The notes under the pieces: generated by a model
Told to the model about the DNA's origin: nothing
What the model saw: the letters and a program-made list of their open reading frames with translations, nothing else
Databases searched by the model: none
Made by a program: the position numbers and the translations under genes
Source: a virus
Taxonomy: Duplodnaviria > Caudoviricetes
IMG/VR virus record: IMGVR_UViG_3300030376_005973
Span: 1-24,073 of that record
Direction: 5' to 3' (one strand)
DNA: 24,073 bases
Part shown: positions 8,720-16,926 of the stretch, one piece after another
Position numbering within the stretch: the stretch's first letter is position 1
Layout: each line of letters opens with the position of its first letter

Positions 8720-9781
8720 TTAAGTTTTGCTATCCGTTAATGCTATAACTCTTCTGTTACCAGCCGAGTCTGCAGTTCTGCAAGTAGCACCATACAATGC
8801 GTCTGTAGAAATTAAGTCAGACATATATGTATGCTGATATGATTGCTTAACATTTGCATCTTGAATAGCCCAATATAAAGCGCTATCGTGAATTGCAAAT
8901 CCTCTCAAGTAATCATCATCAGTAGATGCACCTGTGTCAAAACCATCCCAAGCAGTAGGAATTCCTGCTCCTGCAGCAGCAGCTACAGAACCAACATCCA
9001 TAAATACGCTATTAGATGCAATAACAGGCATACCAAGCAAGCTTCCAACAACACCTTTTCCAAGTATGTTATTATCAGAAGCAATCCCACCTAGACCTTG
9101 AGTCCAAGAGTTTCCAAAATTGCTTGTATTAGCTAATGATCCATAAGCTTTAGGCCCTAGAACGATTTTCCAACCATCTGTGCTTCCAGTTTCACCAGCA
9201 ATAATTCCCATTAAAGATGCCAAGTGAGCAGGAGTTAATGCTTCTCCAACTTCAACATTCATTGTTGCGTTAGCATTTACACCATCGCCACTACCTAAAA
9301 CTGAAGTCAGCTGAGCAACAACTGTATACATTAGATGATTATCAACTGCTTTTGCAATAGCATAACCTAATTGACCAGAATATAAGCTAAACATATCATA
9401 AGCTGCTTGAGCTTTTACTGCATCTGGTAGCCATAGAGGCGCTGCATAATGCTGATCTATAATTAGTTCAGTATCAACACCTGTATCAGTTCCACTATTA
9501 TCTTGCTCTAACACTTCTGCATTTTGTGTTACAGCTTTTACTGTTGGAACACCAATATGTGGCAATCTAATTTTATCACCACCTTGCGCTTTCGCAATTC
9601 CTGAAAGATCAGTACCACATTGCGTAAGTACTGTATTTTTATTAAAAGATTCTAATATTGCCTGTCCCCATATTTCAGGTACAAATTCAAGGGCAAGTGT
9701 GTCTGCGTTAGCTCCTAAAGTAGAGGAACTGTTAACACCGCCAATCAGCATATTAGAAGCTAGAGGGTTACTTAAACTCAT
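8720..9781 (-). CDS. major capsid protein (HK97 fold)
   Basis: FVPEIWGQAILESF, GDKIRLP, GSLLGMPVIASN and DALYG motifs. Follows the scaffold, has an AGGAG SD and is followed by a terminator. Confidence 0.85.
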   Translation of the reverse strand: MSLSNPLASNMLIGGVNSSSTLGANADTLALEFVPEIWGQAILESFNKNTVLTQCGTDLSGIAKAQGGDKIRLPHIGVPTVKAVTQNAEVLEQDNSGTDTGVDTELIIDQHYAAPLWLPDAVKAQAAYDMFSLYSGQLGYAIAKAVDNHLMYTVVAQLTSVLGSGDGVNANATMNVEVGEALTPAHLASLMGIIAGETGSTDGWKIVLGPKAYGSLANTSNFGNSWTQGLGGIASDNNILGKGVVGSLLGMPVIASNSVFMDVGSVAAAAGAGIPTAWDGFDTGASTDDDYLRGFAIHDSALYWAIQDANVKQSYQHTYMSDLISTDALYGATCRTADSAGNRRVIALTDSKT

Positions 9782-9796
9782 TTTTTTCTTCTCCTA

Positions 9797-10300
9797 TTAT
9801 TTTAATTTAAACTGTTTAAGAATGCTTCCCCAATTTGCTTTTTTTTCTTCTTCTGTCATTTCTGATAGAGGCTTATTTAAAGATTCTGATCTAGCTTGTC
9901 CAGCCAATTCAGGTGCATTTGGTTTAGCATCGGTAATTTTATTTGTTACAAATTCGAGAGTTTCTAGGTCTAAACTAGCCAAGGATTCTCTGTCTTCTTC
10001 AGGATGTTTTTCCATTAATGATACTCGTCTAGATTCTTCATATTTAGTCCATTTTTTAGCTACAGATGATAAAGTTTCATTTTCGGAAGACACCTTTTCA
10101 TAAAGGGTTTTAAAATCTTCTTTTTCTGTTGCAATCTGTTTTTCAAGATTAGCTATACGAGTTTCTGCATCCTGCGCCCTTTTTCTATACTTTTTGCTTT
10201 CTGCGATTAACGCACCATCATCAGGCGAAGATGTTGGTGTTTCTTGTGTAGGTTGCTCACTTACTGTTTTGCTTACTACTGTTTGGTTTTCTTCGGACAT
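9797..10300 (-). CDS. capsid scaffolding protein
   Basis: Acidic, disordered N-terminus, ESKKYRKRAQ followed by a coiled coil; directly upstream of the capsid gene; GGAGG SD. Confidence 0.7.
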   Translation of the reverse strand: MSEENQTVVSKTVSEQPTQETPTSSPDDGALIAESKKYRKRAQDAETRIANLEKQIATEKEDFKTLYEKVSSENETLSSVAKKWTKYEESRRVSLMEKHPEEDRESLASLDLETLEFVTNKITDAKPNAPELAGQARSESLNKPLSEMTEEEKKANWGSILKQFKLK

Positions 10301-10401
10301 ACTGCCCTCCTATTATGTGTTATTCAAAATTAAAAATACTATATCTTGTATATTACATCTGCCATAACTTAATTTAGGGCAGTTGTTTATTGCAACCTTT
10401 A
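10301..10401. promoter_or_regulatory. divergent control region between capsid and terminase operons
   Basis: Candidate TTGCAA-18-TAAGTT (minus, 10395-10366) and TTGTAT-18-TAATTT (plus, 10346-10375); 8-bp inverted repeat ACTGCCCT (10301-10308)/AGGGCAGT (10376-10383). Confidence 0.4.
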
Positions 10402-11724
10402 ATGAAAAATAATTTAACAGAAGAATTAGATTTTAAGAGATCTTGGTTTGATTTTATGGGTTATAATCCTCATAAAGGTCAAGAAAAATTGCACTATCCA
10501 ACTAAAGATACGGCTCGGTTTTTTGTTATGGTGTGTGGTAGAAGGTTTGGCAAAACAACTTGTTCTGCTATGGAAGCCACATTTGTAGCATCTCAACCAA
10601 ATAAAAGAATATGGTGTGTTGGTCTATCTTACGACAAGGCAGACTTAATGTTCCGAGAAATTTGGGAAAAGATGGTAGTTGGGCATCAAAACGATATTGT
10701 AAGAGCATCTGAAAAAGAAAGATACATAAAATTTAAATGGGGAACTGTAGTTGAAGGCAAATCTGCAGATAACCCTGATTCATTAGTAGGTGAGGGCTTA
10801 GATCTACTTATTATTGATGAGGCTGCCAAAGTTAAAAGAAAGATATGGGATATGTATTTATCTCCTACTTTATCAGATAGAAAAGGAAAAGCAATATTTA
10901 TTACTACTCCTGAAGGATTTAATTGGGTTTATGATATGTTTTTGCTTGGGCAAAGAGATGAATTGTGGGAATCTCATCAAGCACCTTCTTGGGAAAATCA
11001 GTTTGCGTTCCCAGACGGAAAAAATGATTCTTTTCTTCTTGAAAGAAAAAGAAATATGGCCCAAGAGTCTTATGATCAAGAGTATGGCGCTAAGTTTACA
11101 ACATTTGCTGGGCAAGTTTATCCATTTGATCGTAATTTAGATGTAGGTTATTTTCCATATAATCCAAACTATCCTACTTTTTGTAGTATTGATTTTGGTT
11201 ACAGGATGCCAGCAGTAGGTTGGTTTCAAACGCAAATGATTAATGGGGAATGGCATATAAATGTAATTGATGAAATTATACATGAGCAAAATATTAAAAC
11301 AGATGAACTTATTAGACAAATTAAAGCAAAACCATATTATGTTAGGGCATATTATGGCGACCCCGCTGGAAAACAAGCTCAAGGCCAATCAGGTATGGGG
11401 GATATAGAAATTTTTAGACAAAATGGGATACAGATTCAAACAATAAGAGATAAAGTATCAAGAAATATAGCTTCTGGAGTTTCTCATGTAAGAAGCTTTA
11501 TAGAAAATGCGCAAGGAAAACGCTATTTACACATTAATAAAAATTGTCAAGGAATGGCAGAAGATTTAGAAAATTATCGCTATCCAGAACATGCAGAAGG
11601 AAAAGATTTAAAACAAGATCCATTAAAAGATGGTTTTCACGACCATGGATGCGATATGTTGAGATATTTTTTCATAAACAGGTTTCCAATTAAACAACAA
11701 GAATTAATAGTGAGGAAAAGATGA
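10402..11724 (+). CDS. terL: terminase large subunit
   Basis: Walker A GRRFGKT, Walker B LLIIDEAA, motif III TTP, nuclease motifs IDFG, GDPAG and DHGCDMLRY. Start is ATG 10402 or TTG 10390. Confidence 0.95.
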   Translation: MKNNLTEELDFKRSWFDFMGYNPHKGQEKLHYPTKDTARFFVMVCGRRFGKTTCSAMEATFVASQPNKRIWCVGLSYDKADLMFREIWEKMVVGHQNDIVRASEKERYIKFKWGTVVEGKSADNPDSLVGEGLDLLIIDEAAKVKRKIWDMYLSPTLSDRKGKAIFITTPEGFNWVYDMFLLGQRDELWESHQAPSWENQFAFPDGKNDSFLLERKRNMAQESYDQEYGAKFTTFAGQVYPFDRNLDVGYFPYNPNYPTFCSIDFGYRMPAVGWFQTQMINGEWHINVIDEIIHEQNIKTDELIRQIKAKPYYVRAYYGDPAGKQAQGQSGMGDIEIFRQNGIQIQTIRDKVSRNIASGVSHVRSFIENAQGKRYLHINKNCQGMAEDLENYRYPEHAEGKDLKQDPLKDGFHDHGCDMLRYFFINRFPIKQQELIVRKR

Positions 11725-13025
11725 CAGTAGAACAAATAATAAAAGATTCAGTTAAAGAGTTTAAACAAAGCCAAGCAAAATCTAGGCGTGACCACATAAG
11801 AAAACTTATAAATTATTATTGTGGATCTAACACATCTCAATATATATATCAATATTTTGATGCTAATGCTTTTAGAGAAGTTCCTTGTTACGAAGCTAAC
11901 TTTACTAAACGATTTATTAATAAAATGAGTCGTATATACACAGTAGGCGCTAACAGAAATGTAAATAGCAGATATAAAGATTTAACTGTCATGAAAGATG
12001 CAAGAATGAAGCATATTGAAAGAATGACAAGGTTAGTAGGGTCGGTAGCAACACAAATAGTTTATATAGATGGTGATATGCCGCATTTTGATTATAGACC
12101 TATTTATTATTTTGATGTTCATCTTGGGGACAATCCTTTTAAGCCTGAAGCTATTGTTTATCCTATTATTGCAAATACAGATGATGTTAGTTATACTGAA
12201 AAACTTACATATGCTTATTGGGATAAAGGAATGTATGCTTTATATGATGAAGATGGAAACATAATAGAAGAATATGAGCATGGCTACGGAGTTCTTCCAT
12301 TTGTATTTACTCACAGAGAGAATCAGCTAGACTCTTTCTTTGTAGATGGTGCAGATGACATTGTTTCTTGCAATGAGCATGTCAATATAACGATGACAGA
12401 GCTTCAATTAGGGTTAAGATTTCAAATGTTTGGTCAGCCTTATGTAACTGGGCTGCAAGCCGATAAAAGACTAGAAAGAGCAGGATCAGATACAATACTT
12501 GACTTGCCTGAAGGTTCTGTGTTTGATATAGTTTCTCCTGACGCTGATTTACAGTCAGTAATAGAAACTGTTAAGTTCCAGGTTGATTTGGTTGCGCAAA
12601 ATAACCATTTATATGTTCAATTTGCTCAAGATGGTGGTGAAGTTCCAAGTGGGATTGCATTAAAGATTAAAGATCTTGAAAGGTTTGAAGATTATCAAGA
12701 TGATTTAGAGCTTTGGAAAATGTATGAGCATGAAATGTATGAAATAGAAAAAGAAATAGCCGATTACAACAATATTAAATTACCACAAGGTTTAAAATTA
12801 GATTTTAATGAGCCAGAATATCCTAAAACAATGCAAGATCAAATTCTTTGGGATAATCACAGGCTGCAAAACAATCTTGTTACACAAGCTAAATTAATGG
12901 TAGAGTATAATGATGACTTAACTTTAAAAGAAGCGGAGGAATTAATCGTTGAAAACAAACAGAAAAACGAACAACAGTCAATCTTTGAAAGAATTCGTCA
13001 ACAAAATAAAGAGCCTCAAAGATAA
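11721..13025 (+). CDS. portal protein (SPP1 gp6-like)
   Basis: ATGA overlap with terL; YY near the N-terminus, HGYGVLPFV and SGIALKIK motifs; 434 aa. Confidence 0.85.
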   Translation: MTVEQIIKDSVKEFKQSQAKSRRDHIRKLINYYCGSNTSQYIYQYFDANAFREVPCYEANFTKRFINKMSRIYTVGANRNVNSRYKDLTVMKDARMKHIERMTRLVGSVATQIVYIDGDMPHFDYRPIYYFDVHLGDNPFKPEAIVYPIIANTDDVSYTEKLTYAYWDKGMYALYDEDGNIIEEYEHGYGVLPFVFTHRENQLDSFFVDGADDIVSCNEHVNITMTELQLGLRFQMFGQPYVTGLQADKRLERAGSDTILDLPEGSVFDIVSPDADLQSVIETVKFQVDLVAQNNHLYVQFAQDGGEVPSGIALKIKDLERFEDYQDDLELWKMYEHEMYEIEKEIADYNNIKLPQGLKLDFNEPEYPKTMQDQILWDNHRLQNNLVTQAKLMVEYNDDLTLKEAEELIVENKQKNEQQSIFERIRQQNKEPQR

Positions 13026-13197
13026 TATAAATGTTGATTTGAAGGGCGATATTGCTGAAATTATAGTAGACCCTAAAAGTTGGGCAGAGCAAGTTGCAGA
13101 AACATTACTTGCGCAAAATGCAGACAAAATAATACAAGCTAGAAAATTAGGAGAAGAATTTGGCCGCACAATACATAGTAACAAAAAGAAACTTTGA
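12949..13197 (+). CDS. hypothetical protein (82 aa)
   Basis: TTG start preceded by GGAGG; overlaps the portal 3' end and fills the gap to the next gene. Confidence 0.55.
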   Translation: MKTNRKTNNSQSLKEFVNKIKSLKDNINVDLKGDIAEIIVDPKSWAEQVAETLLAQNADKIIQARKLGEEFGRTIHSNKKKL

Positions 13198-13678
13198 TTT
13201 TAATAAGTTATTAGACAATCTTCCGAAAATCTTAAATAAAGGCACTAGGAGATTAGGAAGGTCTGCTGCTAAAGGCGCAAAAGAAAGAATTTCTAAAGGA
13301 TTAAAGCCTAGACTAAAAGCTTCTACTTTACAATTAAGAAAAGAAAGAGGAACTGGTGGTACAAAACCATTATTTGAAACAGGATCTTTGTTTAGAAGCA
13401 TAAAAGCAAATGAGAAAGGTTTTACTATGAATGAATACGGATGGTATCATGAAAAAGGATTTACTGTACAGAATGTTCCTTTAGGATTTAAAAATAAAGG
13501 CCGCAACTGGCAACAAGCCAAGCCTTTTTTTCATCCTGACAAAAAAATTAAGAAAAAAGTTCCTGCAAGACCTTTTATTTTTCCATCAGAAAAAGATATA
13601 CTAGATCCAATGAAGAAAATTTATATGGATATGTTAAAGGCTTTGTCTATAAGAATGAAAAAAGTCCGAGAAATATAA
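13160..13678 (+). CDS. phage virion morphogenesis protein (Mu gpG-like)
   Basis: LKASTL..RK...G..KPLFETGSLFRSI, YGWYHEKG and VPARPF signature; TTG start with AGGAG SD. Confidence 0.75.
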   Translation: MAAQYIVTKRNFDFNKLLDNLPKILNKGTRRLGRSAAKGAKERISKGLKPRLKASTLQLRKERGTGGTKPLFETGSLFRSIKANEKGFTMNEYGWYHEKGFTVQNVPLGFKNKGRNWQQAKPFFHPDKKIKKKVPARPFIFPSEKDILDPMKKIYMDMLKALSIRMKKVREI

Positions 13679-14199
13679 TGCCTGAAGAACTAGAGGAGAT
13701 ATTAAATGAGTCAACAGAAGAAGACGAAGGATCAATCAATTACGCAATACTCGCAACAGCTTATTTCAGTTCTATCTTTGCTGAAAGAATTGAACAAGAG
13801 ATTAGGTTACTTAGAGGAGCAGGTATGTCTGATGCAGGAATTATTACAACCCTCTCAAATGACTTATCAACAGGAGGAAGAATATTCGGAGAGTATAGTC
13901 GTTCCATTAAGCGAGGAATTGTACTTGGAATTATGCAGAGTTTTAGGGTCGGACAAGATGCCGTTTATGGGAATAGCGTAAAATTTAGATGGGTTTCCGT
14001 AGGATCTCCTAGAGTATGTAATGATTGCCAAAGTAGAATAGATACTGTTTTAACTTGGGATCAATGGCAAGAGCAAGGATTACCAGCAAGTGGTTTTTCG
14101 GTATGTAAGGAGAATTGTTTTTGTCAAATAATCCCTGAAGACATTGAAATAGACAATCCTGTTATTGTTCAGGGTTCTGGGGCGGAGTCAACTCGTTAA
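13678..14199 (+). CDS. minor head protein (SPP1 gp7/Mu gpF-like)
   Basis: C-terminal WVSVGSPRVCNDC and CKENCFC cysteine motifs; TAATG coupling. Confidence 0.7.
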   Translation: MPEELEEILNESTEEDEGSINYAILATAYFSSIFAERIEQEIRLLRGAGMSDAGIITTLSNDLSTGGRIFGEYSRSIKRGIVLGIMQSFRVGQDAVYGNSVKFRWVSVGSPRVCNDCQSRIDTVLTWDQWQEQGLPASGFSVCKENCFCQIIPEDIEIDNPVIVQGSGAESTR

Positions 14200-14308
14200 G
14201 TTGATCTTGTAAAGTTTTTATAGCTACTCTCAGTATATAGATTTCCTTCATACACCAAATTATACCATCATCTCTATCTTTATTCGTTTTCTTTTGACTT
14301 GATTTCAT
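14162..14308 (-). CDS. hypothetical protein (48 aa)
   Basis: Manually read MKSSQKKTNKDRDDGIIWCMKEIYILRVAIKTLQDQLNELTPPQNPEQ; AGAGG SD. Overlaps the terS-like stop and, convergently, the gp7-like 3' end. Confidence 0.45.
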   Translation of the reverse strand: MKSSQKKTNKDRDDGIIWCMKEIYILRVAIKTLQDQLNELTPPQNPEQ

Positions 14309-14924
14309 TAATCCAGGCCTCTTTTTGTGCGGGAGTGGGTCTTCTTGAAGGCAATGGCTCTACACCTGCATCTTTAGCCCTCTTTATCCATTTGTACCAG
14401 TCTCTACGCTTTTTATTGTATTCTTTTTTCTTACTTTCAGACTGTACTGCTTTTTTAATCTTCTTTTTTTCTTTATAAACTCGTTTTCTTTGGTCTTGAG
14501 TATCACGCTCAGGCAATTCTACTTCCATATCAGGTATTGAGCCAACTATCTCTTCAATCTCTGCATCTTCAAACTCTATCTCAGTCTTTTCTGCCTTTAA
14601 AAACTTCTCATAAGGACTATCTACCGTAATATTAACATTCTTAACCAATTTGCCACTATGTTCTAATATAAGCCTTCCTGCCTGCACATTACCTGCTTTT
14701 GCTTCTCTTATCATAGCCTGTAAAACAGCAGGCAGTTCAGATCCAAACTCTACCATATACCTATCGTATATAGCATCGACAAAGTTTGGGTTCTTGCGCC
14801 AATTATATACTACTACAGTAGATACATTAAGCTCCTTAGCTACTTCTTTAGCACTTATATCAGGCTGCAAAGCATATAGCTCAACAGCACGCATAACATC
14901 AGGCTTCTTTAATATATCACTCAT
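14280..14924 (-). CDS. helix-turn-helix protein, putative terminase small subunit (phBC6A51-type HTH)
   Basis: ISAKEVAKELNVSTVVVYNWRKNPNF HTH followed by AMIREAKAGNVQAGRLILE, typical of TerS-like proteins; basic C-terminal extension. Confidence 0.65.
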   Translation of the reverse strand: MSDILKKPDVMRAVELYALQPDISAKEVAKELNVSTVVVYNWRKNPNFVDAIYDRYMVEFGSELPAVLQAMIREAKAGNVQAGRLILEHSGKLVKNVNITVDSPYEKFLKAEKTEIEFEDAEIEEIVGSIPDMEVELPERDTQDQRKRVYKEKKKIKKAVQSESKKKEYNKKRRDWYKWIKRAKDAGVEPLPSRRPTPAQKEAWINEIKSKENE

Positions 14925-15085
14925 TAATATTTTAAGGTATGTTTAAGGTATTCTGCGATCCACCAACAACGGCCCTCCCCACTAGCTTTATGTATCGCTT
15001 CTGCATACTTCTTATAGCGAATATACGATCTAGTGCGGTTTTTAACCTCAGCCCCCTCCCTTTTAGTTGCTAAAGTTTCTTCCAT
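14924..15085 (-). CDS. hypothetical protein (53 aa)
   Basis: ATG at 15085, 9 nt after a -10 box (nearly leaderless); TAATG coupling to the terS-like gene. Confidence 0.5.
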   Translation of the reverse strand: MEETLATKREGAEVKNRTRSYIRYKKYAEAIHKASGEGRCWWIAEYLKHTLKY

Positions 15086-15094
15086 AGTAGTTTT

Positions 15095-15123
15095 AATATA
15101 CTTTATTTGGGAGTTCTTTCCAA
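15095..15123 (-). promoter_or_regulatory. sigma70-like promoter for the terS-like operon
   Basis: Minus strand TTGGAA-17 nt-TATATT. Confidence 0.5.
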
Positions 15124-15405
15124 TATTTTTTTGTGATTGTGATTTGGTAGTTCTATTTCTCTTTTTTTGAGTCACGCTATCTGAACCCAACTATAAAAAA
15201 TTATCCGCTTATGGGGGGTGCTTGTGGGCTTGTACTGCTTAGGCCTTTAGTAGTTTTTAATCCGGATGCGTGCGTAACAATAGCGGGTTAATAGTATCTA
15301 TTTTATTTAGTATGTTTTAAAAACTTGTTTTGTATATTTTATTTATTGTATTAGTCTATAGTATTAGTAGTATTAGATTTGGCTTTTTATCTGCTATTCA
15401 ATTAT

Positions 15406-15434
15406 TAGGAATATATTAAAAGATTTCGTAAATT
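15406..15434 (+). promoter_or_regulatory. candidate early promoter
   Basis: TAGGAA-17 nt-TAAATT in an AT-rich region, followed by a small GCCCA/TGGGT hairpin and the first early gene. Confidence 0.35.
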
Positions 15435-15463
15435 AGACTAGCGCCCAAATTAAGCAATGGGTT

Positions 15464-15493
15464 TAACTAAATAAAAAGGCGGGTAACCTTATG
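15464..15493 (+). repeat. start-associated repeat A, copy 1
   Basis: TAACTAAATAAAAAGGCGGGTAACCTTATG; differs from 15707-15735 by one A. Confidence 0.9.
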
Positions 15494-15709
15494 TTAAATA
15501 AAAACGAATTACAAGTAATTAAAAATAAAGATTATTGTTTCTTTGTATGTGATATATTAGACGGCTTAAAAGTTTTGTCTGGCTGGGAATATGCAGAGGA
15601 TGCGCTCGACTCTATAAGAGATGAAGAAGCAGCTTGCAAATATTACAAAAAAAATTACAAGCTTAAAGTATATACAAGAACCTATTTAAATAGTATCATT
15701 TCAAAATAA
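15491..15709 (+). CDS. hypothetical early protein (72 aa)
   Basis: ORF track; SGWEYAEDA core; preceded by repeat A. Confidence 0.7.
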   Translation: MLNKNELQVIKNKDYCFFVCDILDGLKVLSGWEYAEDALDSIRDEEAACKYYKKNYKLKVYTRTYLNSIISK

Positions 15710-15735
15710 CTAAATAAAAGGCGGGTAACCTTATG
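15707..15735 (+). repeat. start-associated repeat A, copy 2
   Basis: TAACTAAATAAAAGGCGGGTAACCTTATG. Confidence 0.9.
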
Positions 15736-16581
15736 AACTTAAAAGAGTATTACAATAAAAATAATTTACTAACAATAAACCAAGACCCAAAAACAAGCAA
15801 AGGAACCAAAGAAGGATATATAACGGCCATCATGTATTTAGCGCCTGCTTCTTTAAGTGGTCGTAATGTATGTAGCTTTTCAACTTCTGGATGTCGTGCG
15901 GTCTGTTTAAATATGGCTGGGCGGGGTCAATTTAACTACATACAACAAAGCAGATTAAATAGAACTAGATTCTTTTTAAATGAAAGAACTGCTTTCTTAA
16001 ATAACTTAGTATTAAGAGTTTCAAACTTTGTAGCCTATGCAGATAAAAAAAACTTAATTCCAGTTGTTAGATTGAATGGAACCTCAGATATTCCATTTGA
16101 GAATATCAAAATTAAATTAGATGACCTTTTACAATATAAAAGATTAAATAATGCAAAGCATAAAAAAGTATTTACGGCTTTTATACAGAAAAACGGAATT
16201 AAAAAAGGTCTTAACATCATGGATATTTTTAAACATATTCAATTTTATGATTACACAAAATATCCGCTAGAAAGACGCCCCAAAGCTATTAAACAGTTTA
16301 ACTATGATTTAACCTTTTCTAGAGCTGAAAGTAACGAAGCAGAAGCTTTGGAATATATGCGAACTTATAGCGGGCGGGCGTCTTTTGTTTTTTCGGATGC
16401 ACTCCCAAAAACTTACAAAGGATTCAAAGTAATTGATGCGGATGAAACCGACTTGCGCTTTTTAGAACCTAAAAATGTAATTACGGGTCTGATTTTCAAA
16501 GGCTCTAAAAAGACTATGAAAGAAGGAATTAATAGTGGTTTTGTAATTGAGAATAATTCACGGGATCAGATTGCAAAATAA
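15733..16581 (+). CDS. GP88-like (radical-SAM-like, Cys-cluster) phage protein
   Basis: LAPA..NVC-x6-C-x3-C..GRG, VRLNGTSDI, FYDYTK, YDLTFS and DADETDLRFL motifs, recognised by eye. Confidence 0.7.
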   Translation: MNLKEYYNKNNLLTINQDPKTSKGTKEGYITAIMYLAPASLSGRNVCSFSTSGCRAVCLNMAGRGQFNYIQQSRLNRTRFFLNERTAFLNNLVLRVSNFVAYADKKNLIPVVRLNGTSDIPFENIKIKLDDLLQYKRLNNAKHKKVFTAFIQKNGIKKGLNIMDIFKHIQFYDYTKYPLERRPKAIKQFNYDLTFSRAESNEAEALEYMRTYSGRASFVFSDALPKTYKGFKVIDADETDLRFLEPKNVITGLIFKGSKKTMKEGINSGFVIENNSRDQIAK

Positions 16582-16652
16582 AAATTCTAATGATCTAAAT
16601 TAAAAATAAAAAAATCTCAAAGTTTCACGGGATCAGATTACAAAATAAAAAT
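16557..16652 (+). repeat. 29-nt direct repeat duplicating the 3' end of the GP88-like gene
   Basis: TTCACGGGATCAGATT(G/A)CAAAATAAAAAT at 16557-16585 and 16624-16652 (1 mismatch). Confidence 0.85.
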
Positions 16653-16674
16653 AACAAAATAAGGAAGAAACAAA

Positions 16675-16842
16675 ATGAGTAGATTAAACATTAAAACAGC
16701 TTCATTAAATGAACTTAAAGCAAAATGCCTAGAATTAGAAGGTACTACATTTGGTCATAATATGATTGGTATTATTTGCAATGTAGTAGAAGAACGCTTC
16801 CCAGATGAAGCAGAGCAATTTATAAGTATTTACGGCAACTAA
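16675..16842 (+). CDS. hypothetical protein (55 aa)
   Basis: Manually read MSRLNIKTASLNELKAKCLELEGTTFGHNMIGIICNVVEERFPDEAEQFISIYGN; AAGGA SD. Confidence 0.65.
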   Translation: MSRLNIKTASLNELKAKCLELEGTTFGHNMIGIICNVVEERFPDEAEQFISIYGN

Positions 16843-16906
16843 TCGAAACGCCCGCTCTGGGCGTCTTGTGTAGGTTGGTAACCTTGCAACTGATGAGATT
16901 AACCAA
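16840..16906 (+). ncRNA. type II hammerhead ribozyme
   Basis: TAATC-GAAA-CGCCC/GGGCG-TC (cleavage after C16865)-stem I (TTGTG.AGGTT/AACCTTGCAA)-CTGATGA-GATTA. Stem II is TAATC/GATTA; pseudoknot TTGGT/ACCAA. Confidence 0.9.
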
Positions 16907-16926
16907 AATAAAAAAAGGGGTTGAAA

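Noticed and set aside
10301-14280. Actively invertible (phase-variable) segment
   Set aside because: No inverted repeats found at the junctions, no invertase in the window, and a gene overlaps the right junction.
14780-14924. Transposase- or repressor-like HTH
   Set aside because: The downstream helix motif and gene context fit a TerS-like protein; no catalytic or peptidase domain.
3187-14946. Opposite-strand or alternate-frame ORFs in the track (e.g. 3187-3408, 3595-3840, 5768-6052, 6692-6880, 7684-7953, 8071-8325, 8888-9094, 9699-10103, 10814-11388, 12070-12264, 12889-13401 minus, 13706-13981, 14650-14946)
   Set aside because: They are shadows of well-supported genes, with no convincing SD or motifs.
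15464-16652. CRISPR or mini-array from the ~29-nt direct repeats
   Set aside because: Only two copies each. Repeat A is separated by a whole gene and both repeats coincide with gene boundaries. No cas genes.
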